64,000 bases of DNA from Bacteroidota bacterium (lineage in GTDB: Bacteria > Bacteroidota > Bacteroidia > Chitinophagales > BACL12). The notes beneath the pieces were generated by a model. The model made no database searches, was not told where the DNA came from, and saw only the letters and a program-made list of their open reading frames with translations. Of the stretch, positions 48,320 to 57,040 are shown piece after piece; the stretch's first letter is position 1, and every line of letters starts with the position of its first letter. Where the stretch lies: NCBI GenBank assembly GCA_029571985.1, contig JAKQVC010000058.1:9150-73149 (forward strand), in the 5' to 3' direction. A program made the translations under genes and the position numbers.

Positions 48320-48988
48320 TCACTCCACTTTCCCTGGCAACATAGGCACAAACCTGAAATTATCCCCTACTTCTTTTCGAAAATCACCACCACTGGTTTT
48401 GGTGAGTTTAATCATGAGTTGATCATCTCCCGTACCTAATGGTAACACAATGATACCTCCTGGGCGCAATTGTTTGAGCAGCGCCTGCGGAATTTCTTTA
48501 GCTGCAGCTGTTATAATAATTCTGTCGAAAGGAGCCAATTCCGGCAAACCGGCATAACCATCTCCAAAAAAAGTGTGTATACGTTGATAGCCCAATAAAT
48601 CAAGTTGCTTCCGCGAGGTGTCATGTAATTTTTTAAAACGTTCAATAGAATACACCTCAGCCCCCATTTCTGCCAGCACACATGCCTGATATCCCGAGCC
48701 TGTGCCCACTTCCAGCACCCGCATCCCGGACTCCAGCTCAAGCCATTCGCTCATATAAGCAACCGTATAGGGCTGACTAATCGTTTGACCCTCACCAATT
48801 TGAAAAGCTTTGTCTTCATAAGCATGCCCGAGAAATGCCGGATCCATAAATGTATGTCTCGGTATGCGATTAATGGCTGTTAATACCCGCTCATCGCTAA
48901 TACCTTTACTTCTCAGCAGTTCTACCAACTCCTGCCGCATTCCCTTGTGCCTGTATGTGTCTATTCCCGGATGCATCAACGTGTGCAA
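48320..48988 (-). CDS. pcm: protein-L-isoaspartate O-methyltransferase
   Basis: TISQPY.VA.M, the SAM-binding motif VLE.GTGSGYQ and R.HTF.GDG..G. The true start may be the ATG at 48976. Confidence 0.9.
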   Translation of the reverse strand: MHTLMHPGIDTYRHKGMRQELVELLRSKGISDERVLTAINRIPRHTFMDPAFLGHAYEDKAFQIGEGQTISQPYTVAYMSEWLELESGMRVLEVGTGSGYQACVLAEMGAEVYSIERFKKLHDTSRKQLDLLGYQRIHTFFGDGYAGLPELAPFDRIIITAAAKEIPQALLKQLRPGGIIVLPLGTGDDQLMIKLTKTSGGDFRKEVGDNFRFVPMLPGKVE

Positions 48989-49148
48989 AATACAGCATTT
49001 GGGGTGGCATACTTTCCACGATTATGGCCGAATTATCCACATTCGAATTCAGATAATGCAAAATGCCGTACAGCATCCCTATTTTTAAGGCACGAAATTT
49101 GACAATAACTGTAGCGTACCAATTTTTTAAATCAAAGCTGTACATCAC

Positions 49149-50009
49149 ATGATGCAAATCAAAAGACTCTTTTTACCGGTATTGCTCCTCATTAGCATAT
49201 CCGCCGGCGCGCAGGCTACTATTGGCCTCAATGCACAAAAAACGTATGACATAACACCTGCAGACTATGGCTTGGTGTTCGATACTATTCGCATTCCTAC
49301 CGATGATGGTGCGTCTCTTTTCGGATGGCACTTGTACCCGGGAGAGAAAAGCGATAAGTCATCCAAAAAATCTGTAATCATCAGTCACGATGGAAACGGT
49401 AATATGGGCAATGCCCTCGAACAAGCCGGTAAATTCCTCGGCCTCGGATTCCATGTATTTATGTATGATTATCGCGGCTTCGGTAAAAGCTCAGAATTTA
49501 ATGTAAGCCCGAAATTTTTCATTTACCAGCAATTTGCAACGGATTTAACCGGAGCAATTGAGTATGTGAAAAAATATCATGCATTGTTGAGTATTGATTT
49601 ATATGGTTATGGAATCGGAGCAGGTTTATCACTCGGTGTTGGCGCTAATAACCTAAAAGTACACCGCGTAATTGCTGATAATCCTTATACCACTTTCGAA
49701 ACCGTACAGAACAGATATGAAACCAAAACAGGAACGCGTATCATGATGCCTATGGGTTATAGCCCGACACTCCTTGAGCCAAAAATGGCGCTCGAAGATA
49801 AAGGCGAACACCTTCGAGGTATTCTCCTGATTGTTGGTGAACAAGGCAGCATTATGACCAACGCCGATATGCTCGAATTGCAGGCACTGAAGAAAAAAGT
49901 GACTACAATTTATACCGTTAAAGGTGTCGATAATGACAAAAACTTTAGTAGTAACCGGGACGAGTATTTTAAACAAATCAAGGCGTTTTACGAGAAATTC
50001 CCTGATTAA
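49149..50009 (+). CDS. alpha/beta-fold hydrolase (secreted)
   Basis: Signal peptide, the YDYRGFG.S motif and a G.G.G nucleophile-elbow-like YGYGIGAG. Confidence 0.7.
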   Translation: MMQIKRLFLPVLLLISISAGAQATIGLNAQKTYDITPADYGLVFDTIRIPTDDGASLFGWHLYPGEKSDKSSKKSVIISHDGNGNMGNALEQAGKFLGLGFHVFMYDYRGFGKSSEFNVSPKFFIYQQFATDLTGAIEYVKKYHALLSIDLYGYGIGAGLSLGVGANNLKVHRVIADNPYTTFETVQNRYETKTGTRIMMPMGYSPTLLEPKMALEDKGEHLRGILLIVGEQGSIMTNADMLELQALKKKVTTIYTVKGVDNDKNFSSNRDEYFKQIKAFYEKFPD

Positions 50010-50031
50010 TCAATAAACCCAAATATATAAG

Positions 50032-50059
50032 CAGCCATCGGAACCCCGGTGGCTGTTTT
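50032..50059 (+). terminator. rho-independent terminator
   Basis: Stem CAGCCATCGG / CCGGTGGCTG (one G:U pair) followed by TTTT. Confidence 0.55.
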
Positions 50060-50137
50060 GTTTATAGTCAATCCCGTAGCAATACGGAGGTTTTGCCTTA
50101 GTATGCGATGCCTTATCTTTGCCCAAAATCTATACGC

Positions 50138-51541
50138 ATGATCCCGATTAAATTTGGAACTGACGGATGGCGCGCCATCATTGCCCAGGAATTTACTACT
50201 GATAATGTGGCCCGCGTAAGCAAGGCAACTGCCGATTGGATTAAGAACACATCCGCACAGCCTTCTGTGGTCATCGGTCATGATTGCCGCTTTGCCGGCG
50301 CTCTATTTGCCGAAACAGCTGCAAAGGTTTTTTGTGCAGAAGGTGTACTGGTTTATATGGCTAAAGGTTTTGTGTCTACACCTATGGTGAGTTTTGGTGC
50401 CTTCACACTTAAAACTACTGCCGGCGTTGTCATAACAGCAAGTCATAATCCGCCATCCTACAATGGATTTAAATTGAAAAGTGGATATGGTGGTCCAACA
50501 ATACCTGAGGATATTGCACTGGTAGAAAATATGATACCAGATACCTATCCAGTTCCGGATACTGATTTGGCAACTTGCGAAAAACAAGGTTTATTGAAAT
50601 GGGTCGACCTGGAAAATATGTACTACGATCACGTGGTAAAAAGCTTCGACCTCGATACCATTAATAATAGTGGCATGCGCATGGGCTATGATGCTATGTT
50701 TGGAGCAGGTCAAAGTATTGCCCGCCGTATTTTTAAAAATATGGTGGCATTACATTGCGACGATAATCCCGGGTTTCACGGACAAGCGCCTGAGCCAATC
50801 CACCGCAACCTTACAGAACTCAGTAACTTAATTAAAAATGATCCTTCGCTTTTGTGTGGCCTCGCTAACGATGGTGATGCAGATCGCATTGGTATGTATG
50901 ATGAGAACGGCAATTTTGTGGATTCACATCATATTATTTTATTGTTAATTCACTACCTGCACCAATACAAAAAGTACACCGGTAAAGTGGTAATCGCATT
51001 CAGCGTAAGTGAAAAGGTTAAACGTTTGTGCGAACATTATGGATTGGATTATGAGGTGACGAAAATTGGTTTTAAATATATCTGCGGTAAAATGGTTACG
51101 GAAGATGTGTTGTTGGGAGGAGAAGAAAGCGGTGGTATAGCTGTGAAAGGTCATACACCTGAGCGTGATGGCATTTGGTGTGGATTGCTTTTACTGGAAT
51201 TTATGGCTAAAACAGGCAAGAATCTGAATCAACTGATTGATGAAGTTTATCAGATTACCGGCTCTTTTGTTTTTGACCGTGTCGATTTGCATATTACAGA
51301 TGCCTTGAAAAACACCATCATGGATATTTGTGCCCGCGATGGATTTACGCAATTTGGAAATTACACCGTACAGCGCGTAGAAAAATTAGACGGGTTTAAA
51401 TTTCACTTAAGTGATAATAGTTGGGTGATGATTCGTGCAAGTGGTACAGAACCATTATTGCGTGTTTATTCTGAATCGCCTAACCGCACGGAAACAGATA
51501 CCATTCTTGAAACAGTTAAACAGGTGTTGCTGGCTCAATAA
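50138..51541 (+). CDS. phosphoglucomutase/phosphomannomutase family protein
   Basis: FGTDGWR, the active-site TASHNP, the Mg site NDGDADR and GGEESGG motifs. I prefer the ATG at 50138. Confidence 0.9.
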   Translation: MIPIKFGTDGWRAIIAQEFTTDNVARVSKATADWIKNTSAQPSVVIGHDCRFAGALFAETAAKVFCAEGVLVYMAKGFVSTPMVSFGAFTLKTTAGVVITASHNPPSYNGFKLKSGYGGPTIPEDIALVENMIPDTYPVPDTDLATCEKQGLLKWVDLENMYYDHVVKSFDLDTINNSGMRMGYDAMFGAGQSIARRIFKNMVALHCDDNPGFHGQAPEPIHRNLTELSNLIKNDPSLLCGLANDGDADRIGMYDENGNFVDSHHIILLLIHYLHQYKKYTGKVVIAFSVSEKVKRLCEHYGLDYEVTKIGFKYICGKMVTEDVLLGGEESGGIAVKGHTPERDGIWCGLLLLEFMAKTGKNLNQLIDEVYQITGSFVFDRVDLHITDALKNTIMDICARDGFTQFGNYTVQRVEKLDGFKFHLSDNSWVMIRASGTEPLLRVYSESPNRTETDTILETVKQVLLAQ

Positions 51542-51576
51542 TTTAGTTAGTAGTGCGGATATACCACAATACGTTT

Positions 51577-52611
51577 ATGCAGATAGCCAACCACTCACCC
51601 AAAAGGTTATACTTTAAACAGGTGCTGTTTGGTTGTTTATTGATGGCATTGATATTGCCCCACAGCGCTGCGCAATCCACCACACCTGAAACCGGCAGAT
51701 TACGTGCCTTTGTGACGCCTGCAGATACGTTTACCCCAAAAAGATTAGCCCTCATTCTTGGTACGGAAACAACTTTGTATACAGGTGCAACTATCGCATT
51801 ATATCAATATTGGTATAAAGATTATCCTTTGTCCGGATTCCATTTTTTTAATGATACTGGTGAGTGGTTACAATATGATAAAATGGGTCACTTCTATACG
51901 ACCTACTTTGAAACAAATATTACCACCGGATTTTACAAGTGGACCGGAATGGAAGAACATAAAGCCTACATGGCAGGGGCATTAACAGCCTCAGTGCTGC
52001 AGCTGACCATTGAAGTCTTTGATGGTTTTTCAGATAAATGGGGATTTTCTATTGGCGATTTCACGGCAAATACCTTAGGCGCAGGGTTGAGTGTAGGCCA
52101 AAATTATTTATGGGATGAACAGCGCATTCGCGTTAAATTTTCTTCCCATTATGAAGATTATTCCGGGTACGATGATATTGTTCAAAACCGCGCTGCTGAA
52201 TTATTTGGTACAACAGGACCTGAAAAAGTACTTAAAGATTATAACGGTCAAACCACATGGCTGAGCGTAAATCCCTCTATGTTTATGCAGGAGGATACAC
52301 GATTTCCGAAGTGGTTGATGATAAGCGGAGGTTATAGTGTATCAGGGTTATTAGGCGGCTACGAAAACACCTGGTGCGAAGATCCGCTGATGCGCCCGGA
52401 AGATTGTCCGCCTGAAGATTTAATTAATTACAACCATATCGAACGGTATCGGCAATATTATCTTTCGCTCGATGTTGATTTAACGCAAATTCCGGTGCAA
52501 TCGCCATACCTGAAAATGATTTTCGAAGTTTTAAATATCGTGAAGTTTCCGGCTCCGGCAATTGAATTTAATCAGGGTCAGGGCGTGAAATTTAAACCGA
52601 TATATTTCTGA
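51577..52611 (+). CDS. DUF2279-like (YfiM-like) outer-membrane/lipoprotein family protein
   Basis: Signal peptide after the ATG at 51577 and a W..YDKMGH.Y motif. The start is uncertain (the listed GTG is at 51553). Confidence 0.6.
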   Translation: MQIANHSPKRLYFKQVLFGCLLMALILPHSAAQSTTPETGRLRAFVTPADTFTPKRLALILGTETTLYTGATIALYQYWYKDYPLSGFHFFNDTGEWLQYDKMGHFYTTYFETNITTGFYKWTGMEEHKAYMAGALTASVLQLTIEVFDGFSDKWGFSIGDFTANTLGAGLSVGQNYLWDEQRIRVKFSSHYEDYSGYDDIVQNRAAELFGTTGPEKVLKDYNGQTTWLSVNPSMFMQEDTRFPKWLMISGGYSVSGLLGGYENTWCEDPLMRPEDCPPEDLINYNHIERYRQYYLSLDVDLTQIPVQSPYLKMIFEVLNIVKFPAPAIEFNQGQGVKFKPIYF

Positions 52612-52634
52612 TAGGAGAGTATTCTGAATCTGAT

Positions 52635-53285
52635 TTAATTTTTTCTCGCCACCTGCACATAGTGATCAAAGAAAAATTCGTGCTTAAGCTTTAAGGTCTG
52701 TAAAAGCGTAAAGCCTCTGTCTGTTATAAAGGCAGCATATTCCTGCAAATCATATTGATGTGGATGTAATACATCCCCCGGAATCAATCGGAATACATGT
52801 TTAAAGAATCCGTGATTATGCGCATCAATGCTCACTACTAAAATACCACCGGGTTTCACCATTTGTGTAAGTAAGTCGTAACTCAGCTTAATATCAGAAA
52901 CATGGTTGATGGCATTCATGCAAAAAACAACGTCATACTGTTTGTCGGCTGTATATTGTTCAAGGGGTGAAGCGTGAAAAGTTACATAGGGATACATCTC
53001 CGGTTTAAAGTGTGGCAGGTCAGCGGAATACATATCCAGTAAAGGGTCAACAGCATCAACCTCACAATTGCCTAATTCCATAAAAATTCCCGCCGGTCCA
53101 CAACCTGCATCTAAAATGCGCATCCCCGGTTTTATTTCAACATGTTGCGCAATGGCTTGTAAAATCCCATCCCAATAGGCCCGCTTCCAGGTGTGATAAG
53201 CAGCAACATCCTTACCTTTCAGGTATTGCTGCCACCAGGTGCGTTCTGCTTTTTGGGCAAGATTCCATTTTATCGTTTTTTTCAT
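52635..53285 (-). CDS. class I SAM-dependent methyltransferase
   Basis: ILDAGCGP.G motif I, DP, a VVFC.NA.NH post-II region and PGG.LV. I prefer the ATG at 53285 (MKKTIKWN). Confidence 0.8.
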   Translation of the reverse strand: MKKTIKWNLAQKAERTWWQQYLKGKDVAAYHTWKRAYWDGILQAIAQHVEIKPGMRILDAGCGPAGIFMELGNCEVDAVDPLLDMYSADLPHFKPEMYPYVTFHASPLEQYTADKQYDVVFCMNAINHVSDIKLSYDLLTQMVKPGGILVVSIDAHNHGFFKHVFRLIPGDVLHPHQYDLQEYAAFITDRGFTLLQTLKLKHEFFFDHYVQVARKN

Positions 53286-53319
53286 GCGTACCTTTGTGCG
53301 ACTCAAAGGTACATAAATC

Positions 53320-54300
53320 ATGTCGATACCTGTTGGTGAAGAAGTGGTGATACTCGATTCGGGTATAATAGGTGTAATCCAGTATTATGATGGAAATACA
53401 GCCTGTATCCTCGCCAATGGAGAACTGCATCAGGCACATAAAAAGGATATTGCCAGAACAAATGCTTTTGGTGTCATCAACAAACCTGATGCGGATAAGA
53501 AACAATCCCACGAAAATACTTTGCCTCAGCAACGCGGTGTTATTATCCGATGGAAGGCGCCGGAATCGCCATCAGGTAGCTGGCCACATTTTGAAGTATC
53601 TATTGGTAATTATACAGAAACGGAGTTGTTATGCCAATATCAACTTTGGTTGAATGAAGAGGTGCATACTACTTTTCGAAAATCGCTGGCAAAAGGAGCA
53701 GAAGCTTTTTTACATCTTTTTAAACCCGACCAGATAAATGACAGGCCTGTGTGGTCTATTCAATGCTGGAAAAAAGATGCGCAGGGTGTAACTATTCAGG
53801 TAGCAGATCAGGAAATGAAATTGCGCGCCAAACAGTATGTTGCACGCATACAATCGCCTGAATTTCTGAATACCAGGCAACTGTTATTTGAAGTGCCCGT
53901 TACAGATGCTTCTCTTTTACAAAAACCGGTTGCAGAAAAGCCGGCCCTCCCGCAATTTGATTTTAATCAAAAAAAGAAGGTAGAGCAGCATCATGAAGTA
54001 CTGCAAAAAGCACATATGTCCGACTTCATTGATTTACATGCAGAAAAATTACTACCGGATCACCGGCATTTATCCGCAACCGAAATTTTGACCATGCAGG
54101 TGCACAGCTTTAAAAATTATCTGGAAAAAGCCATCCGGTTGCGCATGCACAAGGTGTATATTGTACACGGACATGGAAAAGGCGTACTGAAGCAGGAAAT
54201 TGAAAAAGCCCTAAAAAAATATCCAGAAGTAAGCAGTTACAACAACGACTACAACCCCAGATTCGGCTTCGGTGCCACCGAAATTATCCTCGACCCATAA
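53320..54300 (+). CDS. Smr (MutS2-like small nuclease) domain protein with a DUF2027-like N-terminal region
   Basis: The C-terminal Smr domain reads IDLH...L........A....L..F...L..A......V.I.HG.G.GVLK..I...L. Confidence 0.8.
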   Translation: MSIPVGEEVVILDSGIIGVIQYYDGNTACILANGELHQAHKKDIARTNAFGVINKPDADKKQSHENTLPQQRGVIIRWKAPESPSGSWPHFEVSIGNYTETELLCQYQLWLNEEVHTTFRKSLAKGAEAFLHLFKPDQINDRPVWSIQCWKKDAQGVTIQVADQEMKLRAKQYVARIQSPEFLNTRQLLFEVPVTDASLLQKPVAEKPALPQFDFNQKKKVEQHHEVLQKAHMSDFIDLHAEKLLPDHRHLSATEILTMQVHSFKNYLEKAIRLRMHKVYIVHGHGKGVLKQEIEKALKKYPEVSSYNNDYNPRFGFGATEIILDP

Positions 54301-54481
54301 ACCTCCCTGGCATCAACCTGTCAACATCCCAACTGCCAATACAAATAGCATCCGCGTTCACACATTTCTGCCCCACTGCGACCGCACATATTTCTTTACA
54401 CACCCACTCCACAAGAGATTAAACCGACTTCTCACCATTCACCTGTATCATTTTCAGCATTTTAGCTTCGGTTGAGCAGTT

Positions 54482-54600
54482 GTGCCGCCCCGCTGGGGCT
54501 TTTTTGGAGTGCTGTCTGTTCCTGTTAGAGGATGTGTCGCCCCGCTGGGGCTTTTTTTAGCGCTGCTTGTTTCCGCTAGTAGGTACATCGCCCTGTTGTA
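54482..54600 (+). repeat. 2 good copies plus 1 degenerate copy of a 52-bp hairpin-headed repeat (head GTGyCGCCCCGCTGGGGC followed by a T-run); the first two look like terminators
   Basis: The hairpin GCCCC-GCT-GGGGC occurs at 54487-54499 followed by T6, and at 54539-54551 followed by T7. The tails are also similar. A third, degenerate head lies near 54587. Confidence 0.85.
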
Positions 54601-54719
54601 GCTGTGTAGATCAGAGGAATTGCTATGAACAATTCAATGGGCAGTTATAAAAAGGATTTTATTCATGAATTATTGCTGACCAATTAATTGCTCGCCATAT
54701 GATCACCGTTCACAACCCA

Positions 54720-55125
54720 CAAACACCTCAATACAAGCCTCATCGAAGCAGCACACCCGCTAACTCTACAAAATAAACAAGCCTCATCGCGGCTGCACAC
54801 TCATAACCCAACCTAATCAGGTCGACACACCCACTATCTCCACAAAATAAAAATATACAAGCCTCATCTCTACAACATACTCATTACTCAGCCCCATAAA
54901 AACGACACACCCGTTAACACCTCAAAATAAAAATTACACCAGCCCCATCGGGTCGACACTCCCATTAACACCCCAAAATAAAAATTACACCAACCCCATC
55001 GGGTCGACACGCCCATTAACACCCCAAAATAAAAATTACACCAGCCCCATTGGGGCGACACACCCACTAACCCCCCAAAGTAAACCACATACAAGCCCCA
55101 TCGGGGCGGCACAACGTCCAATCTA
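54720..55125 (-). repeat. about 8 tandem copies (51-bp period; three near-identical) of the same hairpin head in the opposite orientation, with a different tail
   Basis: CGACAC recurs on the + strand at 54903, 54954, 55005 and 55056 (CGGCAC at 55107). The minus-strand unit is GTGTCGACCCGATGGGGCTGGTGTAATTTTTATTTTGGGGTGTTAATGGG. Older copies from 54735 to 54900 are degenerate. Confidence 0.9.
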
Positions 55126-55223
55126 TAACAACCCAGCCAATCGCAAACAATGACCTGCACCACGCCAAAAAGTAAAATCTCTTCCAAGCAAAAAAATCCA
55201 CCTCATAACAAACCTTTAGTCTT

Positions 55224-55300
55224 CATTCCTAATTCCTCCCTCCTCCCTCCTCCCTCCTCATTCCTCATTCCTTATTCCTCATTCCTCATTCCTCCCCCCC
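55224..55300 (+). repeat. 11 tandem heptamers (nnnTCCT: CATTCCT / CCCTCCT) ending in a C8 run
   Basis: The units read CATTCCT AATTCCT CCCTCCT x3 CATTCCT x2 TATTCCT CATTCCT x2 CCCCCCC. The tract from 55220 to 55305 is G-free and ends about 55 bp upstream of rnpB. Confidence 0.95.
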
Positions 55301-55352
55301 CAATTGCTTTTTCCCCGATTTCCGGTAATTTTATACCCGCCGTTCTTTAGAA

Positions 55353-55742
55353 TATTCCTGCAAACCGTTCTATCGCTGCCCAACCCGTTCATTCGGGGAG
55401 GGGAGAGGAAAGTCCGGATAACACAGAGCGCCGCACCACCTAACAGATGGAGGGCAGGCAACTGCTTATGGAACAGTGCCACAGAAAATTACCGTCCCGT
55501 TAAAAATGCTTGCATTTTTTTCAGGATAAGGGTGAAAACGTGAGGTAAGAGCTCACGGATATATCGGTAACGCATATATCGGGTAAACCCTGCGGGTTAC
55601 AATGCCAAATAGGCCGGAGTAAAAGAGGGGCTGCTCGCTCCAATCTTCGGCGGGTAGGCAGCAAGATCCGGATGGCAACATCCGGACTAGATAAATGATA
55701 GAAACTCAAACAGAATCCGGCTTATGAGTTTGCAGGAACTTT
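55353..55742 (+). ncRNA. rnpB: RNase P RNA, bacterial type A
   Basis: It has the conserved GAGGAAAGTCCGG (P4 5' strand) and ACAGAATCCGGCTTA (P4 3' strand). P1 pairs TTCCTGCAAAC (55355-55365) with GTTTGCAGGAA (55728-55738). Other elements include GGTAAACCC and the like. The ends are approximate, within about 5 nt. Confidence 0.9.
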
Positions 55743-55797
55743 TATAGAACATGGACAGGTATAGTGGGTAAGAAAACGATGCATAGCACAACCATGC

Positions 55798-56025
55798 ATG
55801 ATGGAACAACCTAAAAACATTTTTATTTGTCCTTTTTGTGGACATCTGACCAAAATCGTATGGGTTCACGGGCATGGTCAATGTTTGATTTGCGGCACAA
55901 CTATTGATGAATGTTGCCGGGGTGAACAGGCAAATCCTATGGACGAATCTGATTCCATCAATGAAGAAGAAATAAATCATACAAACAGCAATATAAAAAA
56001 CGACGATGAAGCAAATAACAATTAA
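55798..56025 (+). CDS. hypothetical small zinc-ribbon protein
   Basis: 75-aa ORF with CPFC...17...CLIC plus CC and an acidic tail. It overlaps the next gene by 20 nt. There is no homology support. Confidence 0.4.
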   Translation: MMEQPKNIFICPFCGHLTKIVWVHGHGQCLICGTTIDECCRGEQANPMDESDSINEEEINHTNSNIKNDDEANNN

Positions 56026-56824
56026 ATATGCCGTACTGATGGGTTGTCTGGTAGCTATGTTTTCTGCTGCCCAGCATATGCAGGCTCAAAACATGGTTAC
56101 ATTTATCCCGCCCGATAAATCAAAAATGCCGCCTCCGGAGCAAATGGATACCATCATCACGGTGATTGATGCTGCTAAAAACTATAGAAGAATTACCATA
56201 CTTGACCACAATATTGTTGTGCGTGACGGATATATGATGGGAGATAAAAAAACAGGTCGCTGGACCGAATATACCGACACAGGTGTAATGCTGCAATTGG
56301 CCGACTATGAAAATGACGTCAAGTCAGGTGATTACATGGAGTTTGATGTGAACGGTTCACTTGAGGTTTTGGAACATTACAAAAACGGATTGTTGGACGG
56401 CGAACAAAAAAGATTTGTCCAGGGCCAAAAAGGAAGAATCCTCAAATCGGCCTATTCCTATAAGGAAGGCTTATTACACGGTACTTGTTCTGAATATACC
56501 AGTGATGGAAAATTACAATCGCAAAGTACTTATGTTATGGGTAAGAAAAGCGGCCCCGCATCCTGGTATTTTAGTAATGGCAATCTCGCCCTAACGCAAA
56601 TGTATGAACAGGATCAACTCAATGGAACTCAATCCGTATTTAATCAGGAAGGTATTTTAATTAGCCAGGGCACTTATAAAAATAATATGCGTGAAGGCAC
56701 CTGGACCGAATATTATGATTCAGGTAAAATGAAAACAACCGGCAAATACACGCTGGATAAAAAAACCGGAACCTGGACGTATTACGATGAATCCGGAGCG
56801 GTTACTAAAACAGAAAAGTTGTAA
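56006..56824 (+). CDS. MORN-repeat-variant protein (YwqK-like), secreted
   Basis: Signal peptide and repeated G....G.W..Y...G and Y.NG...G units. Confidence 0.75.
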   Translation: MKQITIKYAVLMGCLVAMFSAAQHMQAQNMVTFIPPDKSKMPPPEQMDTIITVIDAAKNYRRITILDHNIVVRDGYMMGDKKTGRWTEYTDTGVMLQLADYENDVKSGDYMEFDVNGSLEVLEHYKNGLLDGEQKRFVQGQKGRILKSAYSYKEGLLHGTCSEYTSDGKLQSQSTYVMGKKSGPASWYFSNGNLALTQMYEQDQLNGTQSVFNQEGILISQGTYKNNMREGTWTEYYDSGKMKTTGKYTLDKKTGTWTYYDESGAVTKTEKL

Positions 56825-56846
56825 GTCACGATAACGTGTTTCTGGT

Positions 56847-56900
56847 GTGCGGAAATGTGGGTAACATGTGCGAAATGCCCACTTTTCCGCACATTTTTTT
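56847..56900 (+). terminator. rho-independent terminator
   Basis: Long hairpin GTGCGGAAA...TTTCCGCAC (56847-56855 and 56884-56892, with an inner GTGGG/CCCAC pairing) followed by A and T7. Confidence 0.7.
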
Positions 56901-57040
56901 CTGTAATCCTGTCCAATATTCTATATTTGACCGCGTTTAGTATTTTAGACAACAAATAATAAAAATAATACCTGATTAGACACTGTCGGTTTCTGTGGAT
57001 ACTGAATTAGACATGTGCTGAAGGGTCAAACACACTTATT

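Noticed and set aside
47688-48320. Looked for a tmRNA (ssrA) gene next to smpB
   Set aside because: There is no tRNA-like GGGG...TCGA acceptor/T-arm or tag-reading-frame pattern. The downstream spacer is only microsatellites.
48082-48439. Three overlapping + strand ORFs (87, 97 and 77 aa) with HHSPLTT / IPHSSFL periodic peptides
   Set aside because: All three frames are open only because the heptamer arrays lack stop codons. The ORFs overlap the 3' ends of smpB and pcm.
54720-55125. Possible CRISPR array (regularly spaced repeats with a GC hairpin)
   Set aside because: The whole 51-bp unit is repeated, so there are no unique spacers; the central copies are nearly identical end to end. The period is too short for a repeat plus spacer. 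No cas genes are present in the window.
54888-55187. 99-aa minus-strand ORF translating the 51-bp repeats into a 17-aa periodic peptide (GVSTRWGWCNFYFGVLM)
   Set aside because: The ORF exists only because the period is a multiple of 3. The sequence is dominated by the hairpin and T-rich motif shared with the 52-bp (non-multiple-of-3) array on the other strand. It has no convincing start context. It is kept as a caveat in the finding.
55304-55709. ORFs 55304-55543 (+) and 55521-55709 (-)
   Set aside because: They lie inside the RNase P RNA gene, whose conserved P1 and P4 elements account for the region.
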